From Thecamonas trahens ATCC 50062 (taxonomy: Eukaryota; Protista; Apusomonadida), in assembly GCF_000142905.1 (NCBI RefSeq), contig NW_013657672.1, forward strand, positions 1 to 64,000: DNA of 64,000 bases, in the 5' to 3' direction. Within the stretch, counting starts at the first letter, position 1, and the number at the start of each line of letters is the position of its first letter. The notes under the pieces were generated by a model. It searched no databases. It had not been told where the DNA came from and saw nothing but the letters and a program-made list of their open reading frames with translations. Positions 21,539 through 36,217 of this stretch are shown here, piece after piece. A program made the position numbers and the translations under genes.

Positions 21539-24500
21539 TCATAGAAACGGTTCCCACCCCTTCCACACCCGTCCCAGTACGTTCTCATCCGTCGCGTGGT
21601 CGATGAGCATCGTGACTTGCTCAGCCACATCGGCACAATTCCCGGTCATACCGGTCCGCTTCCGCACATACTGCTTCTCGCAGTTGGCGCGCACCACATC
21701 CACGAGAGCGCCGTAGTGCGCCTTCCCGTGGTGCAAACTCGCGTCGAGTTCAAACACCATCACGTCAGACGTCACTACACCCGAGAGCTTCTTCTTCACA
21801 GCCTCCAGCCGCACCGCGCCTCGCCATTCCTCGCCAAAGTCATTCTTGAGCTTGTCCACTGTCTCTTTGCTCAGCCGCGATGAAAGCCGCACCCACTCGG
21901 TAATCGGCTCGCGGACAAACACGTCCATCACGGTCAGCAGCCGCTCCTTAGCTCCGCGGAGCGCGCCGAGCGCGTACCGCATCGTGTGGTTGAGCACTCC
22001 GTCCACATCCCACGGCTTGATGCAGTTGACCAGCTGCGGCGTGAGCCGGAACGGCATCAGTTCCGGCACAGGCAGGTACTGTGTCGCAGATCCAAACGCG
22101 TGCCCGTAGTCAATGCCCACAAGCCCGCCCGTCGACAAGTCAAGGAGCAGGTTGGCCAGGTGCCGGTCGCCAATGCCCACCACGTACGAGCACATGTTAA
22201 ACACCGCAAGCGACGTCACAAACTGGCCACGAACAGCGAGCAGAGCCTCCGGCCCGGCTGCAAGCTTCAGCACTGCTGCGCGGAGCGCGTCCCACGGCAC
22301 ACACTTGACCGCTGCGTGGTAGTTCGACACCGCATCCTTCACCGAGCCCCTCATGAACATCCGCTCGTACATCTGACCTGTGGTATCCCCATTGCGCTCC
22401 CTGGCGTGGATAAACTTGGCAAACGCTGCCGTCGCCGTCCTCAGCGCGCCCTTGTCCGACCCGACTCGCCTCCGCGCCGAGCTGGTCACAGCTCGCTCGC
22501 GCGCTGCAATCTCTTCGCTGATCAGGTCCTTGAGTGGCTTTGTCTTCCTCATCCACTCGATCAGCCCAACACGCACCGTGCATGGCACCACTGCGTACCG
22601 CGCCACATGCAGCGATCGCGCCGCAGCCAACGGATCTTCAGCAAGCACCCGGTTCATCTCGCCAAACAGCTGCTGTACCCGCTGGTCGAGCCGCAAGTCC
22701 TCGCCGCCCTTCACCAGCCACAGCGAGTCTGCTTCATCGCTCCCATGAATTGAAATCCGCTTCGGAAGCCGGATCGACTGCAGCACAAGCAAGTGCGCCC
22801 CAAACGACGACACCGCCGTCATCTCCTCCTCCACAGGCTTGCTCCGGAGCCCTTCAAACTGACCCGGCACAAGCACGCGCTCGGCCGTGTCGTACGCAGA
22901 CGCAAAGCTCGCTAGCCACGGTGAGTACGCCTCCAGCTTGGTCTGCAAAGGAACTCTATTCTTCTTCTGATGCGCCAGCCTGTTCAGCAACATCTCATTC
23001 ATCGTATTCACCGCGTTGTTCGCCCTCTTGCGTCCGAGAGCCTTCAGCCCAGATCCATCACTCCCAAACTCGCTGACCAGCTTCCTGACTTCGCTATAGC
23101 TCGCAAACGCCCGCGTCATCTCGTCCGCCCCGCTCTTCTGAAACAGCGACGGCACCATCTCATCACGCCACAGAGCGACAGCCTCGTCCATCGCATTGTG
23201 CCTCAGCAGCTGCTTCAGCTCCGTCAGAAAATCCTTCCACCGCAGGTGCGGGTGAGTCAACCTGTCAAACTCGGCCACCATTCGCTCCAGCAGCGGCCGC
23301 GCAGGCGTCGCCAGCGCAGCCTTGATCCCACCGTTTCGCGCAATCGCCGCCGCAGACATGCCAGCCTCAGACACCGTGTAGGGAAAGTACACAGCCTGTG
23401 GATACGCTTCCGCCACACGCTGCACAACCTCGCTGACAACCTCACCGACACTGCCCTCATCAGAGAGCATCGCGACAAGCTGCGGCACCCATCGGAGGAC
23501 CACCCACTCGGGCACAGCCTCCCATCCGGCCCGGAACGCCGCACGCGCCTCGGCGCTGTGCAGCATCCCAAGCACCCGCGGGAACAGATCCGTACCGCCC
23601 TCTTCGCCACACGCCATGCCCCCAGCGTCAGCTCGGTCGTCCACTTTGCATACCGCGACCACTCCAGTCCCTCCTTTGCCAGCGTGTGGCTCGATCCAGC
23701 ACTGTCATTGCCTCGCCTACACTCCTCTTCCATCTCGCGCGCAATCGAGTTACAGAGCATCGCAAACGCCACGCGCCCCGTCGGGCCCGTCGTCGCCATG
23801 CCACTCCGCGCCAAAAACGCAGCAGCCACCCGTGGCACCTTCGATCCGGTCTCATCGACAACCATCGGCCCCAGACCATCGTCCTCGTCTTCGTCGCTCT
23901 CGCTCATCGCCTTGGTCACATTCATCCCCAGCGCACGCGAGAATGCATCCACACTCCGACGCGCGAAATCCGCAATGCACTTGTGCCGCGAGAGGGTCTC
24001 AGCAGGCACCTGGAGGATGCGCGCAAGTCCCTCGGGCAGCTCCGCATTGTTCTGGGCCGAGATGAGCTCCTCCACAAATCGTGCGCCCCAAAGCGCATCC
24101 ACCATGGCCAACACGCGCTTCTCGTGCCGCCCTTGCACCAGCGGCTTCTGGTCTTCCACCCGCTCGCCAAGCTTCACAAGCAACTTAAACCTCTCCGTCT
24201 TGGCACTCACAGGCAATCGCGCCACTCCCGCCACCCCGACTCCCATCACTACCCGGAAGAACTCAAATCCAAGCGCTGGCACCTTTCCGATCGCGATCTT
24301 GGCCTCGTGCACGTATTTGGACGCCAGCTCGCAAGCCCCGATCGCCGCGGTGCCCTCCGCCGCCGCAAGGAGCATGCCCAACTCGTGCTGGGCCACCACA
24401 TGCGTCGCAGCCTCGCAGGCCTCGGGCGTATCAAACAGCCCGATGAGCTTGTTGAGCAGCAGCGTCCGCCGTGTCCGCGTCTCGTCCCAGTCGCCCGGCC

Positions 24501-27500
24501 CATCGTGCGAGCGCGACGGTAGCCGCGACGCCCATTCAGTCACCAACGTCTCCAGTGCGTCCACCTCTAACAGCCCTACCCCGCGGCCTGCAAGCTGCAA
24601 AAACTCGTCGTACTCGACAAGCGCGGGCAGCATTCGCACCAGCCGCCGCGCCCCGGCCGTCGCAAGCGGGTGGAGGCTTGCCCACCGCTCCAGAAACAGC
24701 TCCATCGCTCGGTTGACATACGCACGCGCTGCGTCGTTCTCGTCACAGACAATCGACACGAGTGCCATCTCGGCTGCGTATTCGGTCACAAGCCGGTCCT
24801 TGTATGTCGGAGGCGTCGAGTTGACAAAGCTGACAAGCGCGTCCAGTCGATTATTCAACTTGACGTACGACGTCAGCACAAGCCGAACCTCGTCCTCGTC
24901 GCCCTCCACCGTATTGAGCCAGACCTCGGTCGCGTCATCCGCTGCCACCGCGTCCGCGAGGCTCTTCCACATTCCAAGTGCCTTGTAGCACTCGAGCCGC
25001 TCAGACTCCCACATTGCTGCTTCCGCCGCAGACGCATCGGCCTCGCGCTTCTCCAACGCCTCGTGATACAGTTCCATCGCATCCTGGTAATGCCCGTCAA
25101 GCTGCGCTGCAAGCGCCCGGTGCGTCTCCTCGCACTCGGCCACATGCACCTCGTACAACCCACGGAGCACGTCGCGCTCACCCACAGCCTTGTAAAGCCG
25201 CGCCAGCTGCACATACACCTCGCTTCCGCTTGCCGTCTCGGCCTGGGCCTGTGCTTCCAGCAGCAGGATGCCCGCGTGGTAGTTGAGCGACGCATGCGCC
25301 GCTGTGCCGAGCTCGCGAGCGTTGACAGAGAAATCGACGGCCTCGACCTCGGAGAGAACCCGCGCTAGATCCAAGAGCGCAGCCACAAAGCCGCCGTGTG
25401 CACGGGTTTCTGCAAACATCCGGCCCACAGCCTGCTCCATCCGCTCCGCCATCGCATCGGCATCTTCTTCTTCCAGCCCAGTGTCGTCGCCAGACACCAG
25501 GTGCTCAAACAGCGCACCCACAACGTCGACAAGCACCAACCGTGCCACCACGTCGTCTTGCATCGCCGCAGCCTGAAGTGGCTTGATGATGTCCGCAGGC
25601 GAAATGGCCACGTCCGGCAGCTCACCCACCCGGTACTTGCGGTAAGCCCGGACAGACGAGTTGGCAATCGCCACCTTTTGCGCCTCAAACGTCGCCCGCG
25701 ACCGCGCCCGCTTGTGCGCCCGCGCAATCGAAATGACCTTGCCGGCGTCACGGTTCGACGACTTGCGGAACCGCTTGCGGAAAAGCCGCGGCTGGCTGCT
25801 CGTCTGCACCTCGGTCGGCTCCATCTCCAGTTCGTTAATCATCGAAGCTTCGATGTCCATCGTCTCTGCCGCCCGCTTGCGCTTTCGCGACTTGCCCGTA
25901 CCACTGCTCCGTCCACCACTCTCGCTGCTCCCGGCAATCGCCATCGCCTCCGGTCCAAAGTACAGGTTCGACTGGTTGATCGAGAGGTCTGACGGATCAA
26001 ACGCGAGCGAAAACTGTTGGTGTGCCTGCGCATCGCCACCGGCCCCGTCCTCGCCCATCGGCTCAAAAGACGCGTACGCCGCAGTCGCATCATGCTCCTT
26101 GCCAGCGCCTGGACCCATGCCCAGCGACTCGCCCATGCCGGTAGCCTGGGTGAGCGAGAACAGCGCGCCGCCCGCAAGCGTCGCCTGAAGCATGCCAAAG
26201 CCATCGTCCCCGCCTTCGCCGCCGCCTCCTGCCCCAGCGTGTGCGCCACCGCGGAACAGCGGAGCCATAGGCAGCGACGACGTCGCCCACGACGTGTCCA
26301 TCTCCATCGGCACAAACTGCGCGCGCGCATCGAGCGGCTCAAACTTGGCCTTCTTGAACCCGGGCGCGAGCGTCGTCAGCCGCAGCAAGAGCTGGACCGA
26401 GAACTTGAGGAACACGCCCTCCAGTTGAGGCGCATACCCGAGCGTCAGAATCTGCTCCAGTCGCGCAAAGGTCTCAGCAGGCAGACGCGAGCCGTGGTCC
26501 CAGAACGCGACCAGCTTGGTCGCCAGCGTCTCGGACGGGTCGTCAATGCCAGCGAGCAGGTGCAGCACCACGGCACTCCGCGGCTCGCGGTAGTGCAGCG
26601 GCCAGTTGTCAAAGAGCCAGATACAGATGTCATACCCAACTTCGCGGACCGACGACGACGGATGCGCGGCGCAGACCGAGGTGATGGTAGCCAGGCTCGA
26701 CTCGAGCTCGTCTGGGTCTGATACCTTTTTGATGGCCTCAAACGTGATCTTGAGCGCATGCAGCTGGACTGCTCGGTCGCGATGCCGCACAAAGGTCTCC
26801 AGAAACGACCGAAAGGTCGAAAAGAGCTGCGGCAGCGCGTGCGCTCGCTTGAGTACACACGAAAGGCCCATAACCACAAACGCCGAAGGCAGTTTGAGCA
26901 GGACGTGGAAGAGCTGATTGAAGAGCTTGGCGTCTAGCGCCGCGCCGCAGTTCTTGAGCACCTCGTGGAAGACCACCACGGCGCGCTCGGGCGCCTCGGC
27001 CTGTCGGAACATCGTCATGAGCGTGTCATGAACCAGTCGCGCGACGGCAGACGATCCGACCGCGCCTGCTCCAGGTCGCTCCTGCTCCTGCTTCATGATG
27101 AGGCCGGCCGCTTCGGCCGCCAGCCGCATGATCCGCTTCGACTTGTGGGTCATGAGCGAGACGACCTTGGAGTAAAACTGCTCTGATGAGCACAAGTGCT
27201 GGTCCTCGCTCGCCGAGTACGCTGGCAGGCCGGCGCCCATGATGAGGCCCAGCAACTGGAGCCCGACTGTGAGACACTTGTTGAGTGCCTCGTCGCTCCC
27301 CATCCTGCTCGCAATCGCGCCATCCTCCAGATGGTCCAGAACGTCAGACTTGGAGACCCGGAGCACGCCCTTCCACCCGGCTACCATCTGCGCCACCAGC
27401 GCAAGGTTCGACCGCAGCACCAGCGACGACTCGTGCATCGTGTTCCGCATCACAAACGAGAGCGTCCGCGACGCAAGCTCGCCATCTTCGGATGGCACCA

Positions 27501-30500
27501 CCTGCCACGCCTCCAGAAGCAGCGAGAGCACATCGCGCACAAAGTAGTGCAGCCCAGGCCCGCCATTCGAGTCCGAGAGCGCAAACTCGAGGAGCGGCCG
27601 CACAAACGCGCCGGCAAACGGCTCAAAAATGCCCGGCCTGTTGATCATCATCTTGACAATGAACAAACGCACATTGCCAGGCGTCGAGCCGGTCGAGAGC
27701 TTGTCGTACAGCGCCCGCATCCACTTGGGCATCGCAGCCTTGGCCATCGACGCCGGTGCCTCCTTGCCCGGTGCCGTCGTGTACGCGGTCGGGAACAGCT
27801 GTCGGAGGTGATCCAGCAGCTGTAGCATGATCGGCATGCAGGGATTCGAGTTGATGGCGTCGAGCTCGTAGACGTCACTGTCGTCGTCGTCGACTTTGTT
27901 GACCGACCGAGCCTCGGCGCTTGTCTCGCTTCCGGCTTCGGTGCTCGCGGCCTCGGCCGCGGCCGCACCGGCTGCGGTCGTCGTTGATGCCGTCGCCACG
28001 CCAGCACCAACCTGGTTCTCGCCGCCACCACCGCCGCCGCTCTCACCGCCGCCGCTGCCGTCATCGTCGTCCTCGAGTGACGAGACCAGCCGCTGCGATG
28101 GGTTGAGGAAGAAGAGGCCGGTCGGATCCTGCGAGAGCAGCGAAGAGTCACGAAAGTATGCCGCCGTCGAGGCTCGGACGTCTTTCTTGCGCGAGGAGAA
28201 CCGTTGAGTAAAGGTGGCAAACGTGCCACGGGCCTTGACGGTCCGGAACGAGGTCTGGGCTTCAAACGCGTGCCGTGTCTCGAGATCGACCACGTTCTCC
28301 CAGATGTACACACCCTTTTCGGGATTCTCCTTGAACAGGAACGTGTGGTAGACCGGCTCTTTGTCTTGCGTCCGCATCACCACCGTCACCATAGCATTGA
28401 ACGCCGCTCGGTGGTAGGTCAGCCGCAGCGCCTTGCCGTCGGCGTCAAGCCCGTCAAAGGTCTCCGACTTGGCGGCGTGCGCAGACTTGAGAACGGCCTT
28501 GATGAGCTCAGTGCCCTTGGCGCTAGCCACGGCGGCAGCGCCAGATGCTGCTCGCAGATACGCCTCGTTGAGGCTGAGCTTGATGACGCCCAACTCGAGC
28601 CGCTCGAAAATGACTTGCACCATGTTGAACGCGCACGTCGCTTCGCAGAAGAGCAGCGAGAGCGGCGCGCCCATCGCTTCTGCACGTGCCGCCACAGGCT
28701 TGCCAATGATGCTGAGGAGTGGACCCACAATCTGTAGCGCCGCTGCCGAGACGAGCAGTGTCGGCGCACCTTCGAGGATCGGGACGCAGAACAGCCGCAC
28801 AATGGCCATTCGTAGCGACTCGGGGTGGCTGGCGTCGGAGAAGAGACCAAAGCAAAATTCAAACACAGCCCGGATCCGCGGCAGAGGAAGCGTTTTGACC
28901 ATTGCCGCCGCCGTCGACGCGACGGCGAACCCGTGCGCGTGGTTGCTCTCCTGAAAGACCGGGAGCAGAATCTCCAGAATCTCAAGCGAGCCCGACGTTC
29001 GCAGCGTGCCCAACAGTGCGTCGAGCGCCGCAATGTACTGGGTATATGCCGGCGAGAACCGATCGAGCTCGCGCGACGACGCCGGAAAGTCGTTGATCAC
29101 CAGGTCGTTGAGCTTGACCACAAGCGGAAGCCGCACGCTCTCGTCGGCATCGGCGAGATGACTCAAGAGCTGCGGGAGGAGAGCAAGAACACGAATGCGG
29201 AAGGCGAGCGGGAGCGAGAGGTCCAGGAGTGACGACATTGCAGTGACGACCACACCCGCCAAGCCTGCGTGGCGCTTTCCGGTCCGCATGTCGAACGCGC
29301 TCGCCGGGAGCATGAACAAGTGCGCGAAGAGTGTGAGCATGGCATCGCGTTGGTAGAGCGGCGTTGTTTCGGCTGGCGACCACCAGTGCGCGAGTGTGTC
29401 GAGGCTCCCTAGCAGCTGCGAGGTAAACGCGGCGCCATGAACTGCGGGAGCGTCACTCGGCTTGGCCTTGAGCAGTGTCTTGACAATGGCGAGGAGGGCG
29501 TCAAAGGCATGCGGGGCGCGGACGGCGGCCTCCGCCAGCTGCGGGATGTATGCCGACGGCGTTTGGATCATGTGCTGTGCCAACGGCTCGGAGTAGGCGG
29601 CAAAGAACAGCGCACCGGCAGTAGTGATCCGAGCCTTGGCAGCGCTTGATGTCGCGGGAGCGTTCGAACCCGATGGCTGCGCAGTGGACGCGATAGACGA
29701 CGGCGTGAGCGCGATGGCGGCGGCAGTGCCGAGCGAGACCGACGCCGACGCTACCTCCATGGCCGCAATGTCAGCGTCGACTTCGGCGGCTGCCGAGAAC
29801 ACGGCAACCGGCTCGTCGGCGGTGAGCTTGGCGAGGACAGCTTGGGGACTAACGCCGAGCTGCAGCGCCAGCGAGAGCTTGGCCATGTTCAGTGCGCGCT
29901 CGCGCGGCGATGCAGTGTGGGTTCCAGACGCTGCAGCACGTGCCGCAGCCGTTGCGGTCTCGTCAAGGAGCTCGTTGGCAAAGGCATCGCGCGACATGCC
30001 GAGCACGCTCTGAACAAGTCCGGCGCGCGCAAACTGCCCGTAGCCTGCAACAAGCTCCTCGACAGCATCTGGAGACGGATTCGCTGACGGCGATGCTGCC
30101 TGCGAGAGCTGCAGCTCCGGTGTGGCCGCAAGGAGCGCAGCCACCGGCCCCACCAGCGCGTCGTGGGCCACCCGGGCCAGCGAGCTGAGGACTGACGCCG
30201 TCACATCCGGTAGACACGAGCGAACCTCGCGGTCGCCCATGGCAAAGCTAAGCGACGAGGGTGCCAGCGCAGCGCGGACGAGGAGCGTCACAAACGGTGG
30301 AGGCGACGATGACGACGAGGTCGGCTCATTCCCGAGGCCAATCTTGCCCAGCAGGGCCTGTGGCGCAACGCCGCCGCTCTGCGACGCAGCGGTGACAACC
30401 GCGAGGTCGACAAAAATAAAGACCTTGACCAGGAGCAGCGTCGTAGCCGAGATCACTTGCTGACGAGCCTCGGCCGAAGTCGCGTTGGCCAACGGTGGTG

Positions 30501-33500
30501 ACGCAAGGTGGTGGAGAAAGTCGTGAAGGACGTCGAGGAGAGGACTCGGTTCTGCGCTTGCAACCCACGGAAGAGTAGTCGGCGGAACGAGGCGGTCAGA
30601 CATGGCCCAGATGCAGCCATCAAGAGCGGCGGTGAGCCGTGCGGCAACCGAGTGGTAGGCTGCCAGGTCGAGTGGAATTCTCGAACTGAGACGCGCCGCC
30701 TTTGAGGGCTCGGCGGCCAAGTGGCTCTCGAGTGGGGCTGAGAGCGCGGTGACGACGTCGCTGGCCGCCAGACCGCGCGAGGCAAAGTACGCCTGGGGTT
30801 GGGAACGAGGGCGACAAAGGTTTCGACGGCAGCGTGGCGGGCAGGCATGTGGAGCGAGGCACAGGCCTCAAAGATAGCGTCGAGGGCAGCGTCCAGATCG
30901 GGGTAGCCCGAGGCGAGCCGGTTCGGATCGGGCGCGCGAAGAGCCGACTCGTACTTCCGGATGATGCGGACGAGGGCCTTGAGAACGCGCTTGGCCTTGG
31001 CTTCGGTGCCGAGGCCAGGCGGGTCCGAGGCGGAGAGGCGGAGAGTGGTGAGGACGTTGGACAGCATGGCAAGCACGTACTTGGAGACGAGATTAGGCTC
31101 TTCGCGGAAGGTGCGGTAGATGGCGAGGTAGGTGTTGGCAGCGCCGAGCCGGCGGAACGGCGCGGGGTGGAGGGCTAGCGCAAAGACTTGCGAGAGGAGA
31201 GCAGAGACCTGGAGCTTGTTTGCAACTGCATGAGCAGCCGACGACTGCTTGATGGCCCAAGCAAAGAACTCCGCGAGAAAGTGGGCCGAGAGCTCGCGGA
31301 GGGCGGCAGAGGGGGCCGAGACAGCGTCAACGACGGCGTCGAGGAGCGCGAGTGTGTCTTCAGCGTCGGGCGCGGACGAGGTGAACCAATGGATGAGCTG
31401 GATGACAAACGGGTGGAAGAGCCGGCAAGTAAAGGTGTCGACGTCGGCGGCGAGTCGAAGGAGGACCGGAAAAACATGTCGATAGAGCTGGGCGTACGGC
31501 GACGGGCTGTGGGCCGACGACGCACGAGCCGAGCCAATCATGTACAGCACAATCGAATGGAGCGCCTCTGCGGCGGCGATCTTGGCCTGGCGCTGCGACG
31601 AGTGCTCGGCAAGGACGGCAAGACGCGGGAGAAGGTCGTCGAGATAGACCGAGACAAGGACGTCGCGGAAGGGAAGCTCAAACTTGATGCGGTCGCTCAC
31701 ATCCCACCGCATGATGGCAGATGTGCTGGTGTTCGCAGCGAGACCCAAGGCCGGGGCGGAGCCGTCGTCGTCGCGGGCGGCAGCAGCGAGCGCGCGCGCA
31801 GGCGGAGGGACCATGTCGTGGGCCTTGCCAGCAATGGTGCCAAGAAAAGTGAGGATGCGGAGCTGGAGGTCACGGACCGAGACAGAGGTATCGGACTCTG
31901 CGCCGCTGACAATGATGTCCGACTCACGTGCGGGACCGCGGCGAGATGCCGACGTCACCCGGGTCAGGCGTGATGCCTCGTCGGTCTGCATGTCTGTGAG
32001 TGCGGCCGAGACTTCATCGGCCTTGACGTGGAGAAAGCCGTTGAGGAGCGGGAGGACGGTGGGAAGCGCGGCCGAGAACTGGGCAGGGAGCACCGCAGTC
32101 CAGTGCTCGAGGGCGCTCATGGCTACCGAGGCGAGCGGCGTATAGCCAACGCCGATGCGAAAGGCTGTAGCGAGGACTGGGAGAACGAGGTCGACGACGA
32201 CAAGCTCGCGCGGGAGGGCGAGGATGCACTCGAGAGCAGCGGCGAGGAGGTCGCCGGTAAACTGCTTGAGGCGGATGACAAGCTCCGTGGCAAAGGTGTA
32301 GACCGCGGTGTAGATGTGGAGTCGCGAGTCGGGCTCGGCTGTCGCTTGGATGTCAGCCTCGACCGTGAGGCCGCAGAAGTAGCGGTGCTTCTCAGCGTTG
32401 CCCAGCAGCGCGCCGAGGATCTTGTAGTAGCCCGAGACGGTCGGGTGGGCAATCGAGGCGTCGATGACGGCCGAGCCAAGGACGGCCATCCAGCGGAGCG
32501 AGGCCTCGGTGGCGACCGAGGGGATGAAGAGGAGGGCAAAGTCGACGAGCAGGAGAAAAATCTCGTAGTCTTTGAGGTTGGTCGGGCGGAGGCCGCGAGC
32601 GAGGTCGACGAGCGAGAGCGAGGTTGGCGAGCCTTCATCGTCGTCGCCATCGTCGTCGCCATCGCTGCCACCGCTCGAGAGCGAGTACGAGACAACGAGG
32701 GTGCGGAGCATGCGGACCATCGACGAGAGAATGGCGTCGTAGAGCTCGGTCTGAAGAGCAGCGACGTCGGGCGCGGGAGCGGAAAAGAGCGGGCGGGTGG
32801 CCGAGACAATTTCCGGGTTGCGCGAGCGGAGGACAGCCGCAGCGTACGGCGAGGTGAGTTCGGGGTCGAGAAGCGAAGTCCACAGCGCGAGGTAGTCGAT
32901 GTAGAGCTCGCCCTGGTCCGGGGCACCGCGACGCATGCTAGAGGCAGAGGCAGAGTGCCGCCCGAGGCCTGTAGACGGGGCTGTGAGCGCATCGAGCGCA
33001 GCGCGCGAAGAGCACGTAATCCACAGGCCCTGGTAGACAACGCGGTCGAGGAGAGCCGAGAGCGCTGCGCCCTTGTAATAGAGGGCGAGGAAGAGCGAGG
33101 AAAAGGCGAGGACGAGGGTCTCGCGCTGGCGCGGCCAGAGGCGCGGAAAGGCGAGGAGCCCGACGCCGATGACGCGCTCGAGCTCGGCGAGCATGACAGC
33201 GTGAACGGTGGGGAGGACGTCGAGGGCCGAGGCGTACGCCCAGAGAAACGAGGGAATGAGGACGACAATCGACTCGGTACTCCGCGAGGGATCGATGACC
33301 TTGGCGGAGAGCTCGAAAATCTTGGCCAGAACCTTGTCGACCTGATCGGGTGCGCCGTGGGCGGCGAGCATAGGACGGGTCATCTTGCCGCACGAGCGGA
33401 TGGCAAAGGCAAGTTCTGCAGCCGAGGCCGAGCGCGACGAGTCGACCAAGCCGAGGAAGACCTGCATAAAGTAGTGGAGGCCATCCAGGCCAAGCGCCGA

Positions 33501-34523
33501 AGCTGACGGCCCGTGGGCGAGGTCGTCGACGACAATGTCGACGAGGGCGTCGAGGGTGGCAAAGGCGTACTTCTTGATGTCGGTGTTGGTGTGAGTGGTG
33601 AGCTTGACCAGCCGGGCGTAGAGCGGAATGGCGTCGCCGAGGACGAGCGAGGCAAACGAGGCGGCGTGGCGGGCGAGGAAGGCGAGGCAGGCGCGCGGGA
33701 CGGCGAAGCGCTTGAGCGACGGCGGAATGACGACGCCGTACGAGGCGACGTGCTTGAAGAGTTGCGCCTTGGCCTTGGCCCGTGAGTCAAGCTTGTCCGG
33801 AAAGGCCGCATGGAGCGAGGCAAGGCCGTCGACCGAGGCGGCGAGGACAAAGAACTTGGGCTTGGACGCCGCAAAGTTGGCCCGGATGTGGTCGAGGTAG
33901 GTCTCGAGCATGTCGTCAACGTGTGGGGAGAGTACCACTGGAAAGCGCTCGATCATGATGCCGAGGAACTCGAGGTACTTGGCCATGAGCGTCTGCGAGC
34001 CGCGCGAGGCAAAGCGAGCGAGGTCGGTGATGAGGCAGTCGGCCAGCGACTCGATGCCGAGTACGTCCGAGTTGAGCTCGGGCACTCGGGCATCGAGAAT
34101 GGCGGTGAGAAGACCAAAGACGGCAACTTTCACCTCATTGGAGACATCGCGGCGGAGGAGCGAGAGTGCCATGTCCTTGATGTCACGGATGTGCATGAGC
34201 AGGTCGCCGGCAGCTGCCTCCACCACGCGAGCAAGAATGGTGACGACTTCGGCCCTGGACTTGGCATACTCGCGATGTGTGTAGTGCAGCGCACGACTGA
34301 GCCACGAGAGAATGCCCGAAGAAGGATGGAACAAGTGTGAGGCAGCGAGATGAAGATCGCCTGCCGTCGCCGCCGAGCCGAGCACGTCGTCGATGACCAC
34401 CGTGGCCAGCTCCCGTGCGAGCGCCAGCGGCGAGCTGGTTGTGGGTGGTGGTGCCGAGGACGACGGTGCGGGCGTTGTGCCAAACAGTTCTGTGAGAATG
34501 CGCCGTAGCTCGGGTGCGTCCAT
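21539..34523 (-). CDS. PRKDC: DNA-dependent protein kinase catalytic subunit (~4300 aa); frameshifts near 30798 and 23620
   Basis: Three consecutive ORFs give HEAT repeats (RQAKIAAAEALHS, FRRLGAA), YRKYRVGELPDVAI, FAT, kinase (LVKGGEDLRLDQR, GIGDRH, GHAFGSATQYLPVPELMPFRLT) and FATC (ATDENVLGRVWKGWEPFL). The 5' end abuts a gap. Confidence 0.95.
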
Positions 34524-34562
34524 GGTGGACACGGCGCGTGAGGTGGGGGGGCTCTAGACGAG

Positions 34563-35150
34563 NNNNNNNNNNNNNNNNNNNNNNNNNNNNNNNNNNNNNN
34601 NNNNNNNNNNNNNNNNNNNNNNNNNNNNNNNNNNNNNNNNNNNNNNNNNNNNNNNNNNNNNNNNNNNNNNNNNNNNNNNNNNNNNNNNNNNNNNNNNNNN
34701 NNNNNNNNNNNNNNNNNNNNNNNNNNNNNNNNNNNNNNNNNNNNNNNNNNNNNNNNNNNNNNNNNNNNNNNNNNNNNNNNNNNNNNNNNNNNNNNNNNNN
34801 NNNNNNNNNNNNNNNNNNNNNNNNNNNNNNNNNNNNNNNNNNNNNNNNNNNNNNNNNNNNNNNNNNNNNNNNNNNNNNNNNNNNNNNNNNNNNNNNNNNN
34901 NNNNNNNNNNNNNNNNNNNNNNNNNNNNNNNNNNNNNNNNNNNNNNNNNNNNNNNNNNNNNNNNNNNNNNNNNNNNNNNNNNNNNNNNNNNNNNNNNNNN
35001 NNNNNNNNNNNNNNNNNNNNNNNNNNNNNNNNNNNNNNNNNNNNNNNNNNNNNNNNNNNNNNNNNNNNNNNNNNNNNNNNNNNNNNNNNNNNNNNNNNNN
35101 NNNNNNNNNNNNNNNNNNNNNNNNNNNNNNNNNNNNNNNNNNNNNNNNNN
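34563..35150. other. Assembly gap (N run)
   Basis: Run of n, followed by an A-rich tract at ~35160-35235. Confidence 0.99.
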
Positions 35151-35196
35151 CACATAGGAGAAAAAAAAAAAAAAAAAAAAAACAAATAAAAAAAAA

Positions 35197-35234
<38 letters not shown>

Positions 35235-36217
35235 ATAGGACGCGCGCCCAAAATAAGGATCCTACCGCGACCTCGGGGCGGGAATCTCGTGTGTGTCGTT
35301 GGCAGACATGGTCGAGTGTTGTGTGTGCGGGAGAGAGAGGAGAGTTGCGGTTGCGATGTTAGTGGAAGCGGTAGTGACAGAGGTGAGCAGTGGAAGGGAC
35401 AGGACGGGGTGGTTGCCAATGGAAGACGATCGAAGCCATTGGAAGTTGTGTGGGTTTTCGAGAGAGGGGATGGAAACTATTTTGAATCTAGTTTTTCTCG
35501 GCGAAGATCGTATCCACCGTCGAAAAGTCACAGCCACCAACGCGAAACGAGACTGTCAACAGCGACGTAGACGTGACTGCTACGAGTCGTTAACACCCAC
35601 GGCCGGCGGAGCGAAGCGAAGTGGGTGGCGTGCTACTTTGTTAAGAGCTCTGATGGCGTGGACACAGTCGGAACCGACCTACTCTTTTGATGGCGCGACG
35701 ACGGTGACGACCGGCGCCCGTGTACAAGCAAACCACCGTGCTAATGGGCACGATGTAGTGAGTCAGATGTGCGGTCCGTCGAACCGTTGAGCCATCGAAG
35801 CGACCACTCGGGCCGACAACCAAAAGCAGCTCACATGTTGCAGCGACTGGTACGAGTCGATTCGGTGGGCTGTGAACAGCTGTGAACACGTGCTATTCAC
35901 AGCCGACGGAATCGACAACCTGAGCAGTCTTTTTTCGCAGGAAGGCTGGTTCTCACAGCACTGTGGTAGACACGGTAGGGGTATTCCCTTCTCTCGAGAA
36001 GACATCTGAATGGACCATATGTAGGCGGTGGGTAGGGATGGGCTTTGTGTGGCGGTGGTGGTGGTGGTGGTGGTGGTGGTGGCGTGTGGGGCCGTCTGCG
36101 AGGCCGTGTGGGTGTGAGGCTTGGAGAGCACTTACAACAGCGACCGAGGGACGGGCATGGACATGGGCATGGGCATGGGCACCTGAACTGGACAGGCACG
36201 CGAGAACGAGTACCCTT

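Noticed and set aside
22970-24988. Long antisense or alternate-frame ORFs here and elsewhere (e.g. 16012-17763, 32028-33506, 2064-3086)
   Set aside because: Shadow ORFs expected from GC3-rich coding sequence on the opposite strand; no domain motifs.
35151-35235. Poly(A) tail of a retroelement or retrocopy
   Set aside because: It abuts an N-gap and looks like low-quality contig-end sequence; no RT ORF or target-site duplication is visible.
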